Assembly (NCBI GenBank): GCA_965644295.1
Contig: CBFFRP010000374.1
Span: 1-64,000 of the forward strand
DNA from: Paraphysomonas bandaiensis
Lineage: Eukaryota; Protista; Chrysophyceae
Direction of reading: 5' to 3'
DNA length: 64,000 bases
Shown: positions 38,943 through 55,776 of the stretch, piece after piece
Layout of the letters: each line of letters starts with the position of its first letter
Numbering within the stretch: position 1 is the first letter of the stretch
The notes under the pieces: generated by a model
The model's database searches: none
What the model was told of the DNA's origin: nothing
The model's input: the letters and a program-made list of their open reading frames with translations, nothing else
Position numbers and translations under genes: made by a program

Positions 38943-40888
38943 TATTTTCCACGCCAATTCATCTGATGTGGCAGCTTATACATCTAATATACACAAGTTG
39001 CCATCCATTCAGCGTAATCTAATGATCCTACCTTTATCGCGATACCCAGCTCTTCGCTCTTGCGATATACATGAAGGATAGATTCCGGATATATAAGCGC
39101 TCCGACACGACTTCATACATACGTTACTTGTTAAAACGAAAAGATGATGGAGAGTACAGAATAGCTATACACTGTTGTAGTAGTACGATACCATGTCATG
39201 ATATGATAAAAATAGTATTACGATAAGTTACAAGATTAATGGTACAAACGCAACAAACATGCAAAATACAAAAGTATGCCCCCTACCTCAGGACATCAAT
39301 ACTGTTTCTAACGCGGGCGATTTTATGTAAATCATTCTTAAGCATCGGCTGCATACATTATCCATTAGTGCACCATAGTGCCAAATCGTTACGTGAATCA
39401 AATTAGTACTACCACACGGGTGAATTCTCAAACACATCGACATACCGTTGTTGCATGTCTGACTCTAAGTCGCTGTAGCGTCTCAGCTAAAGGCGCTGCC
39501 TGTAATATAACATCAGTTAACCACAGTAAAATCATAGTGTCAATTTTCATTTCATACTATTATTCAATCAGGGAAAGGGTTAACCCTAATCGTCAACACA
39601 ACAATTATACCTCATCGTGATCTTCTTCTTGCTCCTTCCACTCATCTGGCATGCGTCCTGGTAGTTCCACTCATGTGAGAATGAATACGTACAAGAAACC
39701 AAATATACTGTGACCACAAGACTTTCATGATATTATACTACAGTAAAAGCAAGCTCATTTTTACTATTGACCAGTACTCTATAGTATATACTGATGAAAA
39801 TCACTCGTCACTTACTTGTTATCCATATATACCCGTTTCTTCCTAAAATAACGTCTATTCCAAAAGGAAAAGATATATAATGCTGGGCCAATCGCTTTAT
39901 TAATGAAGATGGGACGATGAGTAGTTGTCCGTTTTCCAACTGTATTAACAACGAATTTAGCACATGATGTCTCGTACATTATTCTATTCTTTTACCTTGC
40001 CATACTTTAGACTTCTAGTATGTAAAGATGGTGTACCATCAGCATTGACATTCTGCACCTCAGCCTGAAGTAATATTGGACGGTGGTTATGGAATAACAC
40101 ATCCAACAAATATATTGTAGCCGTAATAGTGTATAGTGTACTATACATTGTATTAATCGGTATGGTGTCAACTTCCACCGTAACATAGTGTGAACCTATC
40201 ATTTTGCGGTAGCATGTATTCTACACATGCCATACAATGCGCAGCCTTACACTAATAAGGTCGTGCTCCATATATAGAGATCTCATCTGAAGCTGATCCT
40301 CGTATGTTCTCATTCGTTGCACACCGCCAGGAAGATTTACAGACGCTAATTGTAATACAGCATCCTATATTAAAATAATTTAGTTTACGTCGTACTAGAG
40401 TGTATAAGTACAGCGGCGAAACAATATCACATGAAGCGCATGAGCAACACAACACACCTTCTGTCCATTGATATCACACTTCCACCTTTTCGATTCAACT
40501 GCAGTAATCCGACCAACAATAAGATCCCCAATCTCTCCCAAATATCTAATTCAATAGAGTACACTAGTTACATGTTGTTATATATTATAAACGTATATAT
40601 GAACCTGGAGCTGACAGGCTTAACAGATATAAGCTTATTCACTCTTTCAATCTGACCTGCCATAGAGGCAACTAATTGAGATCCGGACTCAATATCTTGA
40701 AAATATGTTCCATGTCCCCGTAAATATCCCTATAATCCTACATCATCGTAGAATAGTACTGTAGTATAGATATATACCTGTTCTGATGTTATGGGCTGTC
40801 CAGGAACAACAAGTGAAGAACCAGAGAGGGCAGTCTTGCCCTTGTGTGTCTTGGACTTCGTTTTCACTACTTCTGCATCGATTTCCAT
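38943..40888 (-). CDS. RRP4: Exosome complex subunit Rrp4 (many short exons; 3' end approximate)
   Basis: Spliced segments LVVPGQPIT, YLRGHGTY, ERVNKLISVKP, GDLVVGRITAV, VNLPGGVQR, SLHTRSLKYGK|LENG and VILGRNGYIWI. Confidence 0.9.
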
Positions 40889-40988
40889 AGCAAATATATA
40901 GGAATTGTATAAAGCAGGTTTAAGTAATCAATGCGAGAAACATGGACCATATATGCTATCCGTAGTGTACACGCTATACAATGGTACG

Positions 40989-41148
40989 TACATACATACA
41001 TACATACATACATACATACATACATACATACATACATACATACATACATACATACATACATACATACATACATACATACATACATACATACATACATACA
41101 TACATACATACATACATACATACATACATACATACATACATACATACA
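40989..41148. repeat. (CATA)n microsatellite between the divergent RRP4 and EPC-like genes
   Basis: Read directly from the sequence. Confidence 0.97.
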
Positions 41149-41625
41149 TCATATAATACGTATGTATATAGAGTAGTAGCAGAGTACGAAGTCCGGAAGT
41201 GTGGATGAAGTCTTTTGCACGTGTGGTACACTGCTGTACCATAATACCGTATATCCATATCTGTATACGGTACATACATACACATATACTCTGCTGAGCT
41301 CTGTACGTATATATGTATATATATATGGTTTCATATAGAATTCCATTAAAGGCTTCTCTTATCCACATATCTCTACTTATACACATCACATCCATCACCA
41401 GTGCCAACCTCCATGAAGAACATCTCATACATCCCATAGCCAATCAATCAAACGGGCTGTATATAGTAATATTATTATAATTAAGCTGCAAACACTGCAG
41501 TGATCGTGCTGTATATGTGAGATGGTCCATTCACACTCTCATCAGGTAGAAACACTCTATTCCTCTCATTCTATGCATTAAATATATGATATAATCAGAC
41601 TAGAGATATACCTGTAGCCGGTAAC

Positions 41626-44421
41626 ATGAGATCTGTAGCCCGTAACAGGAGATCTCAGAGACTGAGCAGTCTCTCTCATGACCTATCGAGTCCCACTCAT
41701 AGAGATCAGATGGAAGATCATGGATCTAGAAACCGTCATGTAGAAGACTTAGATGTAAAAGAATCACGCGATAATTCTCATCCGAGTTTGGATGGAGATG
41801 TTAGTATGGCTGTCACGTCACGTCGCTCTCGTCGCCGATCTCTTGCAGTTGATCACACGAAACCACTCATGATTATCCGCCCTGGGGACGATATACAATC
41901 TCGTTTGGACCTCTCTAGTAAGGAGCTACAAGAGTTTAATCTGCTTTTAAGTACTGATGATTGTGAACGCCATTCACTTTCAGTCGAAAACCCTGCATCT
42001 TCACTGTTGCGTAAGGAGAAAACAACCCACAACAATGACGTAGTCCTCACACCGGGAGTTGTGGCATCAGGACAATCCTCTGCCTCTCTGCCGACTACAT
42101 CTCCCACATGTGTGACCAATAAAGCTGGTAAAAGCAGTACTAAAACGATCGTGAAGAAGTCCAACAGGTCTGGTATCGAAACTTTGTTCACCTCAAACCG
42201 CTGTACCCCTCTTTCTGCCACTATTCCCAGCAGCTCAGCCTATCTTCAGTATGATGTGGATAGTGATGACGAAGGGTTTATTAAGAAGCTATCTCTTAGT
42301 TCAGTCAGTGAAGGGAGTTGCCCTAATTCCCCGAATAAGAAAAAGAACAGAAATAAATCTCTATTGAAAGGCGCAAGAGCCACCACAGTGCCAATAGATA
42401 CCCGCTGCTTTGAAAACATGATTGAGGTCTTGGAACGTGAACTAGAATTAGCTAAAACATTTTTGCGAGAAAAGGTTAGAGCAGAGTTGCAGCTCAACAT
42501 TACCCAGTGTCTCATTGAGGACGGGAACAAATCATTGAGCCACTTGAAGACATTCCTAGAATCCTCAGATGGTGCAGTTTCTGGAAAAAGAGCACTCAAA
42601 CGAGCATACGAAGAAATTTCATGTGAATCTTCCAAGCGGTCTAGATCGGCATCGACTCGCGGTGAATGGGCGGCGGTCACAGGTGGTGCGCCAAGCACGA
42701 CGACTGATCGATTATACTTTCCCGATCCATCCCTGTGCCACATCATGAGTTGCATTACTACAGGACCTAGAAAAATGAATAAACTATCAGCAATAAATGA
42801 ATGCAGCAATGGTGTTACTTCCCTTCAATTTGACTTTAAGGATGGAAATGATGCTGACAAGATCGCCCCATACTTGACGGAAGACAATTTGCGCAGGATG
42901 GTGCCCGAAGATCATGCTGTTCCACTGCTACAGGATGTGATTGGTAGACTTAATAGTGTCCGAGTGGAAAATGCTCCAGTGAAATCATCTACCTGCAGTA
43001 GAAATGAATCTTCAATAAATACAGATAAACACGGGGCGACTGACCCCCTCCTATCTGCCTCGACTACACGGTGGGTGGCCATCCGTGTATATAACTACTG
43101 GGTCTCGAAACGTGCTGCGCGGTTAAATTCATTATTGCGATGCTATCACACGTTTATGGTGAACGAATATCAACAGGAGGTCAGCATGCCACCCCTACCG
43201 GAGGATTTTAGATATAATGAGCTGGTTTATGGGCACGATCAGCTGGTGCGTTTACGGTGTCATTTAGATAAAGCTAGGCTGATATTGGAAAAAATACGGC
43301 GGCGTGAAAAGATAAAAAGGGAACTGGTGAAAATTACTGGGGATCGTTTTGACCGTATATTCTCTGCAGCAGACACACCACAGGTATCGTCTCAGAGGAA
43401 GTATGGTAAAGAATCGCTGCAGGAAAATAATGCATGTACTCATTTGAAATGTCCTATAGATGCTTCTTTAGCCCTAAAGCATATCCGCTTTTCTCTTCTA
43501 GCACAGGACGATGGCATTCATCATTGTGACGAAATAGTCCCGAAGGATATGGGTATTGACCATGCACTTGTTGCAGAGCAGCTTCCAGGTCAGAAACCAT
43601 TGCCGAAAGGGTGGAAGTACGAAATTGTGCCACTCGAGGAGAAGCAAGGCGGGAAAATGGACAGTCTGGAAATAAGAGGCAGAAAGTTGCGTTCTACTCG
43701 TGAAAGAAAGTTGCATACGTTAGAGTCGGGGAATTTGAATTCTCATTCCAGCGTAAAGTCCAAGTCAGGGATAAATTTATGTGATGAGCACCCTGCGCAG
43801 GAAAAAGTCAATGACGATCGATATTGTCATAACTCAATTAAGAAGGGATCCAGTAGCCAATGTGAGGATATGCAGTCAGAAGTGTATTCCGACTGCCTTT
43901 CTGATGACATTGAAACCGATTCTCTTGACGAGGGTAGCGTGTATGAAGCTGATTCAGATGACTATTCGGAAGATGGGGACATAGACGAGGTGGGAACAAC
44001 GTCGTCGATGTGGAATAGAAAAGGAAATCGTGTTGTATCAGATGCAAAATTCAGTGAAGTTATTAGGGAAAACCGTAAACACTCCGCTAAAAGAAACTTC
44101 GAGCGTAGCACTGAGTTAGGTAGAAAGAGCCGAGGAATGCGTAATAATTCCGTCGAAGCAACAGCTGTGACCACACAAAAGCGCAAGAATATCGATAATT
44201 ATCCACATGTTGAGAAGCGCCTTCGACATGATGATGTCAACAACAGTGCATCTTCTTCATCTGCTGAGCCGAGTGGTGTTGATAAGGAATCTTCAATGTC
44301 TTCCAACCCAGATCTCCAACATCGTAGTGTTAAACAATCTCGTTTTCCAAATAGCCTTTGTTCATTAGCTGCAATTAGTAACATTTATACGCGTCTCACT
44401 GGAGGAAGTATTTCGAATTGA
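41626..44421 (+). CDS. Enhancer of polycomb-like (EPC/Epl1 domain) protein
   Basis: Motifs YDVDSDDEGF, FENMIEVLE, VYNYWVSKR...LLR and LVRLRCHLDKARLILEKIRRREKIKRE. Confidence 0.82.
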   Translation: MRSVARNRRSQRLSSLSHDLSSPTHRDQMEDHGSRNRHVEDLDVKESRDNSHPSLDGDVSMAVTSRRSRRRSLAVDHTKPLMIIRPGDDIQSRLDLSSKELQEFNLLLSTDDCERHSLSVENPASSLLRKEKTTHNNDVVLTPGVVASGQSSASLPTTSPTCVTNKAGKSSTKTIVKKSNRSGIETLFTSNRCTPLSATIPSSSAYLQYDVDSDDEGFIKKLSLSSVSEGSCPNSPNKKKNRNKSLLKGARATTVPIDTRCFENMIEVLERELELAKTFLREKVRAELQLNITQCLIEDGNKSLSHLKTFLESSDGAVSGKRALKRAYEEISCESSKRSRSASTRGEWAAVTGGAPSTTTDRLYFPDPSLCHIMSCITTGPRKMNKLSAINECSNGVTSLQFDFKDGNDADKIAPYLTEDNLRRMVPEDHAVPLLQDVIGRLNSVRVENAPVKSSTCSRNESSINTDKHGATDPLLSASTTRWVAIRVYNYWVSKRAARLNSLLRCYHTFMVNEYQQEVSMPPLPEDFRYNELVYGHDQLVRLRCHLDKARLILEKIRRREKIKRELVKITGDRFDRIFSAADTPQVSSQRKYGKESLQENNACTHLKCPIDASLALKHIRFSLLAQDDGIHHCDEIVPKDMGIDHALVAEQLPGQKPLPKGWKYEIVPLEEKQGGKMDSLEIRGRKLRSTRERKLHTLESGNLNSHSSVKSKSGINLCDEHPAQEKVNDDRYCHNSIKKGSSSQCEDMQSEVYSDCLSDDIETDSLDEGSVYEADSDDYSEDGDIDEVGTTSSMWNRKGNRVVSDAKFSEVIRENRKHSAKRNFERSTELGRKSRGMRNNSVEATAVTTQKRKNIDNYPHVEKRLRHDDVNNSASSSSAEPSGVDKESSMSSNPDLQHRSVKQSRFPNSLCSLAAISNIYTRLTGGSISN

Positions 44422-44582
44422 TTTTGGGTTGGTTTTGCTTGAAGTTTTTATGCATTTGTCGTATTGATTTAGCTTGTATCTCTCATTTGTCACGTTACTC
44501 TTACTTCCAGTAAGATCATAATATTACCCTATAGACATTAAGCTATATATAATTTCAATGATTTTTAAATTATTTAAAAGTT

Positions 44583-45706
44583 GTGAATGTCTTATTATTA
44601 GCAATAGCGTGTAAGAGTCAGAACTAATTTAGCAAAAGTATTTAACTAACAAGTGCTTAACTCTGATATCCTACTATTTAAAGCACCAAAGTGCAACCGC
44701 TTTCGCTCTATCGCTCAAAGCAAGCATAATGTTGATATACGTAACCTCTTCTGACTTTAGGATTTTTGAGTCCTCAAGGTGGTGAACAGCCCGAATGCTT
44801 GACTTCCGTTGGCAGCAGGCAGCCCAATACCCCTGTTACCCTTGAAGTGGGGTCATTCCCGGATGCCTGTTTATTCGTCAAGGTCCATACTATGGACCAG
44901 CTGAAATTCTACATGAACATCCAGTCGTCGTTTCTTCTACTCTCGTCGCTTGCTTATTATTAACTTGTACTGTTCTTTTTATCTACTTCTGTAGAAATTT
45001 AACACTTATAGCAGTTTAAGTTAATAATAATTGTGTTGACAACACACACTTGTAATTGTTTAAACATAACAACGTTACTTTTAGTATCTACTATCCACCA
45101 ACAAAACCTGGTAAAATCACTTTACCAGGTTTGGGCATCACATCGACTTTAGACGTCAACACAAGTGACACTTATTTATGTCCCTTGTACCACACAAGCA
45201 GTTGGCTATAATGAGTGGGTAGAAATGGTCAGCTGACTATATATGCGGCTCACGTTAGTTTCCCGGAGAAATATCTCCGGTACTTATCCCCCAGAACACC
45301 ATCAAATGGTGAGAGCTCGACTTTTTGATAGTTAAATTTAAAAAGCAGAACTCCAATCAATGGTAAATGTTACAATATTAAGTTAGAGTTGCTGCACAAG
45401 TAGAATTGACTGAGAGTATGATGTAATACTTGCGCCTGAATTTGATAGAAAAACTCTTTTGCGGAGCTAGAAAGTGTTTTCGCTTGCACAAATACATCAT
45501 TCCCCTCACGATTGCAGATTGTTTCTATTACAGCGGCCCGATGTATAAAAAACCGTTACTGACTTGATTTGTAATACTTTTATGTGCGCGTGTAAGCAGC
45601 GTTAATTAAAAGGATATTATCAGAGTTAAGCACTAGTTAAATAAATTGCAATGCTAAATTACTTCCCACTCTTAAGCGCCTATTGATATAATAATAAGAC
45701 ATCCAC
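44583..45706. mobile_element. Non-coding repeat element with imperfect terminal inverted repeats of about 100 bp
   Basis: GTGAATGTCTTATTATTA...CTTAACTCTGATA at the left is mirrored at about 45610-45706. Related copies lie at 50188-50764 and about 36835-36910. No clear TSD. Confidence 0.7.
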
Positions 45707-46286
45707 TTCTGAAACGCGAGATATGATGAAATAAAGTGTCTGAAGTTATTGTACTCTATGACGTTTACGAAGTTGTTGAAATTTGCTTTAGTTGTTGAAT
45801 GCTGTTGGTGTTGATTACAAGAGTTAAATACAGTATCATATTAAATTTCAATGAACTCTATGATTTTCGTTATAGACAAACTGATAGTGACTGTATCATA
45901 TATAGCGACTGCATAAAAGATAGTGTCTATAAAACATAGTATTCAATACGGTACGTACTCTGAACTATACAACAATATATTTTCTGTACTAATTCTAGCC
46001 TACAAATATGAGTGATACAAACCATTACAAAACAACAATTTTGTTAATTCATTAGCACAAATACTCGGAACAGCTGAAAAAAAAATAATCTACATTAACT
46101 CAGGAATGACTTCCTAGAACTCCTATAAAGTATAAAACTATAAATAATTTCACACATCATTTACTTCATAGCAGAACACATTAGACTTGTCGTTATCATA
46201 AAGTCATTACAACAACAGAACTTCTTACGCGGAATATCCAGTATTCCGATTAACAGATGACACTAAACCACACGGCACTGTGATAA

Positions 46287-49025
<2,739 letters not shown>

Positions 49026-50187
49026 ATCTTAATGAACTATAACTAATAGATTCAAACTAATTGCATAACAATCTCCAACCACACTCTCTCATCAATCAAT
49101 TAAAAACTTATGCATGATATCGTCTTCATTACTATTATTTCGTTCTATTGAATGCATGATATTTTCATGGTTACTGACAGTCAGCTTCAGTCGTCACTCA
49201 AGCAAGCTAATAACATATCCATGTTAACCAATCAAAAGTATTTAAATTATTTTGATTTGTTATTATTATTCCCATTGAAAAAATACACCAATAAAATCAG
49301 TGTTTTCTATTTATCTAAGTATCTATTGGTTGACTGTGCCGTTGAGACATATGTTTGGTTGGCTTGCAATGGTTGGTGCATTGAGTGACAAGAATGCAAT
49401 GAAGCGAACTCATTCATAACAATGATATTATATTCCATATGAATCGCAGGGGCCCTCCTCGTTGATATTCGTAATCCAATGCATCTTATAGGTGACAGGC
49501 AAGCATTGAACAGCTAGATGTTATACCACTACCAGTGGATGCCTCTTCAAGATGTGCAGTCGTATGGAAAGACTTGTTGATGGACAGACTCATTACAACA
49601 ATGAAATTGAATAAATAGATATTGGAATATTTGTTTTTTCTTGATATCGCTGGATGCATACTACGAAATCTCACGACCCTGTGCGATCTGTTGGTGTCAA
49701 CGCATTCTCTCAACAAAGTTATTCAATTTCTCTATGTTTCATTTATTACAATCAACTGCTTGAATTAGTAATCTGTATGTGTTACAGTATAAGAGGAGTG
49801 GAGTAAGATCATTACGCCTGGAGTCGACGCTCTGAATGGAAAGGAATTTAGTACAGCCTTTAGGATGAGTACCGAATCAACGATTAAAGTGTTCCAGTAC
49901 TTAGTATTTCCAACACATGTCAATATTTTTAAATACTCTCGTAACAGTGAATGTACCTCTACCTTCTCTTGCGTTTATATAATTTGAGCATGCAAAACCT
50001 ACAAGACAAGACTGGTTAGAATTTTTAATATTTATAATGTATTAGTTGTATAGATGGTACACGAAACTGTTGAAATTTATTAAGTAAAAAGTGCAGTATA
50101 TTTTCTGTGAGTTCATCAAAGTGTCTGAAAACAAGAAAAATAATTCCAATAAGTGCGTATTGATGTCATGCTCCTGAATATCTAGTA

Positions 50188-50764
50188 GTGAATGTGTTAT
50201 TATTAGCAATAAGAGTTTAAGAGTAAGAACTACTTTAGCATTGCAATTTAATTAACTAGTGCTTAACTCTGATATCCTACTATTTAACAATACGAAAACT
50301 GCTTGTGCGTCACCGCATGCACCAAAGTGCAACCACATTCGCTCTATCGCTCAAAGCCAGCGCAGTGAGCACGCAGAATGGTGATATACCTGACTTCTGC
50401 TAACTTTATGATTTTTGAGTTCTTAAGAGGTGAACAGCCCGAATGATTGGCTTCAGCAGTCAGCAGGAAGCCCAATACCCCAGATGCCCTTGAAGTGGGC
50501 TCATTCCTGGATGCTTGACTTCCGTTGGCAGCAGGCAGCCTAATACCGCGGTTACTATTCACCTGGGCCTAGTCCCGGATGCATCTTTATATGTTAAGGC
50601 CCAAAGACGTCTACACAAGGCAGTGACACTTATTACTGTCCCTTTGTACCACACAAGCAGTTGGCTATGAGTGGGCAGCAATATATGCGGTTCACGTTAG
50701 TTTACCGGAGAAATATCTCCGGTACTTATCCCCCAGAACACCATCAAAAGGTGCGAGTCCGACT
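50188..50764. mobile_element. Truncated second copy of the 44.6-kb repeat family
   Basis: Colinear similarity to 44583-44880 and 45160-45322. Confidence 0.8.
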
Positions 50765-51055
50765 GTGTTGAGAGCTGGATTGTTTGTATATTTTTTCGTG
50801 GTATTGTTATCAAATGTCTAAGTGCGTAGTACATGGTCTAGACTTTAAAAACTTAGGATATTCGAACTACTATGACCATTCAAATGTCAAGAACTGATAC
50901 AATAAAAGCTATTTGTAATATCATAAATCTAAAAACTAATTATATATTAACAAGAAAGTCATTCAATATCACGTTGATCACGGCACCTTTATTTCTGATA
51001 TATAAATACATGAGAAAGTGTAACACATATACAAAACAATAGGAATACGGTTCAG

Positions 51056-54000
51056 CTAGATGGTAGATTGGCCATCACTAATATTAGATTTAAATTTGTT
51101 CACTCGCATAACAATATGCTCCATGATGTCAGCTTTGGTAATGTCTTCATAGGTAATAGTGCCGGTTCCATTTGTGTCAATGTCGTAGAACTGTTGATTT
51201 ATAATACAAACAAGTTCAGGATTGAGAACACCAATGCGAACCAGCATCAAAATAATGAACTCCTTGGTGTCTAGACTGCCATCTCCATCTACAGAATAAA
51301 CATAGAGGTGAATTCTACAGTGTTTATTCAATCGACAAAGTCAACCATGTCCAAATATGAACACTATAAATTTCTAGCTGCTTATAAAGGTCGTCTCACC
51401 TTCCATGCCAAATGAACGCATCATGCAAAGTTCTTCTTCAGTTATTGGAGCCAGCATTTCCTGATTCGAGATATCATTTACTTTTCTCGCCACAGCTGCA
51501 GTAGCCGTAATTCCAAAGACAACCGCCTGTAAATACGTATATCATTACACGGGCACTACTCAATGTATTAAACAGACTATGCTAAACAGAAACTATATTC
51601 CCATGCAACGCACTTTGTTTAGAGTCATGCAAGTATAACTCACCATTAATGGAATACCAATTGTCATATATACAGCCACCAATGCATAAGATAAATTGCT
51701 TGCATTGTCAGGAATAGACTTCAGGCCTGACGTTGACAACGTTGTTAGAACAAACATTGCACTTTCCAGTACGCTCCATTTGATAACTAAGCATGCCCAC
51801 GTCACACCGATGACAACCCATATCGAGAATAATATATAAATTCGGAGCTTTGGCATATAGTACACTAGTCCTGCAGCGATGTCGTCCCATATACCCTCTG
51901 TGAGGAACGCTTTCTCGAGATTTTCTCGTTTCAACGCCTCCATAAACCTGTAATGCAATACAAATTAGCGTGCTATGAAATAAGACCCTTCAGTGCAAAT
52001 ATCATTAACGAACATCCCATATTTCACACAGCATACACACTGGTACAGACGTCATGTACCCACCAGTCATTCTTCAAATCAGAAAATAGCATCGCACAAA
52101 ATGCCATGATCACGGCAGTGGCAACGCTTCCGACTAACAAGTGGAATATCGAGTATGCGTGGGTATATGCCGCTTTGTGCACATCCATCCAGAATATGCT
52201 GAATCCGATGCTCACACTCAAATAAAAGCCCTTAGAAAATGATACGTGTTCAGTGAACGCATAAAACATAGTGCCCGCGATGATCCAAACGCACCTATAA
52301 ATTAAGAAGATGAAATAAAACAAATCACAAGCACAATGAGAGCATAAGCTACCATATATATCGAAAAATGTGAAAGCGACAGCAATGAATGCGTACGCAC
52401 ACTTTATACATGGGGTATGAGTGTTGTGCGTCGCACTTACCATGCACAGAATGCCTGAAAGTAGTGATCATATAAGAAAGCGTCCCGTATACTCTGAAGA
52501 ACCATGGCGCAAATCGACTTATCTGGCGGAAATCCGCGCCGAAATGACTGAACTAATATATTCTTTACTGTCATACGCCTTATGCTTTTCGCATTACGAG
52601 AGTGGAACTCGACTGATAAGCGCCGCTGTCGTTTGGCTGCATTTGCGACATCGTGAATGTCGATACGATTTACACTCTCACGACGTTTCCCGTGTTGGGT
52701 ATTTGTAGTTATACCAATATGGTTAACGCTCCCTCGACGTTTCCCTGGCTGTTGTTGAGTATCTATAGAAGAATTAACCTCACCCTCGGGGCGATGAATC
52801 ATACGGTCAGGCACAGTGCCAGACTCAGACGTTTGCTTTACAACCGCTTTAGATTCATGGGCAGATGTCTTTCCTTCAATAGGTAAACTACACTGCACAC
52901 CTTCCACTGCAGGGTGATCAGAAATACTTCTTGCTGATTTACAATCAGGTATTTCTTTTGCAGTGCCCCCATTCAAATGCTTGGGCATACTCTCCACTGC
53001 AGGCACACTCTGGACCTTAACGGAGACTTGATGTGAACAATTATTCTGCTCAGAGACTACGACATGGCTATACGAGCTAGTCGCGCAATCATTGGTTTCC
53101 GAAGCTACACTATCTATACTTGACTCTCGTCTTTTGATGATTGCTGGCAGCAAAGGTCGCTCCGGTGCATGTGATATGTTGTCTGTAGACGAGAACTGAC
53201 GGACTATAGTGCATTGCAACGCTTTAGCTAACGGTGAAAGTTGAATGGGAGCCTTACTACCACAGTAAGTGGAATCCATATCCCAATTTTCATCATACTC
53301 GTTGGACCCACTTTTCGCATCAAAGTCAATTGAGTTACATTTATTTAATACAGACGCCTGTGAAGGAATACTCAAATCACTTGATGGTGGGTCATTTGTA
53401 GTGTTTTGCAGAATTTCCATTGACACGTCAACCCTTTCATTCCCAGAAGGTATTTCGTCGTGTCCTGTGTCATCATAATCATTTCCTATGCTTCCCGACT
53501 CAACATCATTTTCTATAGCATTAGTCTCAAAGAAAAAGGAATGTTGGTCGTGAGGAGTTGAGTCAGCAGGGCTCAAAGGTATATTAGACATGCTCTGTTG
53601 AGAGTTAACAGAATAATCAGAGCTCTGCTGGACACAATACACTCGACCTCGACCGTTTGAGCTCTTCTTCGTGCTAGCACGGCGCTGACTGCGAGGCCTT
53701 GAAACAGACAGAGATACAGCTCTGTGCAACGCTTGAGCTCCAGTTGAAGATGCTAGTAGTAGTTTTTGTACTGCACTGGTAAACCGCTGCTTGACATTCG
53801 CCTTCTTGCCTCCGAATAACAGTTCTGAGTAATCTATGCCACCCTCTCCCTTAATATCTAATTCATGGAACCTCTGCTTTAGCTTCCCTATTACTTGTGG
53901 AGGAACAGCACCTATTCTAACTACAATTAATATAACGTACTCTTTAGCGTCTATACTGCCATCTCCGTCGTCAATACCAAACTGCTTCATGAATCGAATC

Positions 54001-55182
54001 TCAGAAGGAGTAATTTTCGCCATGATTTTTCGGAACATTTCCAGTTCATCAGATGCAAACATAAGTCGAGACGCTACCAGGCCGAGCGCCACAGCCATAA
54101 GAGGCATACCAATATTTCCATAAAACGCTACCACAACATACTGCGAGGATGGGGATGAATGAGGTATTGTGGAATAACCACTTCCTGATAATAACAGTAT
54201 TAGAAAAGACAAGAAGTAGAGTTATCAAATAGTGAATCATGCTACGGTCGTGACACCAACCTGTAAGTGTCGACACAGTGAAATCCAGCGCATTCCACAC
54301 AGTCCACCCATCCACACTGCAAGAAAACCATACTACACCGAGAATCCACCATACTAAAAATAGAAGTATGGCTTTGTGTTGGGGAGCGTAAAACGCTACA
54401 TAACTGTATATCATATCAACTATATTTTGATTTTTTGTAGAGGCGGCTAGTTCTTTCTGCCGTCGAATATTGACCATCCAATTTTCCCTCCGCGCGGCTA
54501 ATTGTTCTGCAATAAATACAACTATCATTACTAGAAAGAATACCCCAATAGAAGCATGTAGTGAAGTGAAGATCTTGCTTAGCGGCGTACTGTATGGCGG
54601 AGGGTAGTGTGGATCAATTGGCCATGCAATAGACCATCCAACATTCACACTCATATAGTACCCATAAGACCATCCGTATTGATCATGTAGTGCATAGAAA
54701 ATAGTCCCTGACACTATCCACACTACCCTGTAGAGCAATGTACGTTATACAAAGAAGGATAGATATCACTAACATAGAGAAAACACAACTTTTTAAATCA
54801 CAATACAAACTAACATACATATCGCAATACGTAGTGTACTCTTCTCTTACCAGGCTCCAATGGCACATGTCACTCGGGTATTTATGGATAACGCGCGATT
54901 TTTCTGAAAGTTTTGAAGCTCCAGCATCTGTGCAGTGCTCAGTATATTTCCGGTTCCTTTCTTACGGGATGCTATTCGTGCCTTTGTACGAGCAGTAAGT
55001 TCCTTTGATTGAGTTACTAACAACCCAGAACTAAACGTTTGAGATGTATGTAACATAATTCGTCGGGATGTTATCCGATCTGGTTCATATATTACTAACC
55101 CATCCTCTGCATCCTCCCCGTCACTTAATATATACTCAGACTCGTCACATAATTCATTTGAAAACATCTCTACATCACCCAT
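51056..55182 (-). CDS. Tandem-duplicated TPK/K2P-like channel, 2 x (4TM, 2 pore loops, EF-hand pair); multi-exon
   Basis: Two parallel modules with pore loops SVNVGWSIAW/STLTGSGY and SVSIGFSIFW/TTLSTSGL, and EF-hands DDGDGSIDAKE, DGDGSLDTKE and DTNGTGTITYED. An in-frame splice TG|gtaagt...ag|G links them. Confidence 0.8.
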
Positions 55183-55776
55183 TATGGATATTTAATATTC
55201 TATACAGTCATTGGAATAAACTCTGACTCAAATGTATGTGTATAAGTGTATTTATCATATACAGAGTGTGTTATGGATATAAACCACTAGCACAGTAGCA
55301 CGAGATCATTATACTGTTCTGATAAGGTAATATACAGTGAGATGATAGTAAGAAACTGTCCGTATCTCATTCAATAGATAGATGAAGTAATAGAAGGGGT
55401 GTTGATATGTATGTATAGCTCAACAGCAGAACATGTAGCTCTATGTATGTATATATGGAGACACGGACCTAATCTTGTTCAATACAGAGTGTATATGTGC
55501 GCAACGAATCGTACGTTTATATATACGCACTACTAGTATAGGGAGATCCTCTTGTAGCCCGTACTTTTTGGTGTACGTCATTCTTTTCTATACTTCAATA
55601 CTTTGTATGTGTCAATATACAACATGTCGTACACCTATACACTGTGTACCTGTGTACATGTACATAGGTACTGTATATCTCTAACAGGACTTGGAATACA
55701 CGAGTACACTAATAGATATGATGAGGACATCTCGCTCATATATACATACATCCATCTATTAATAATCCATAACTAA

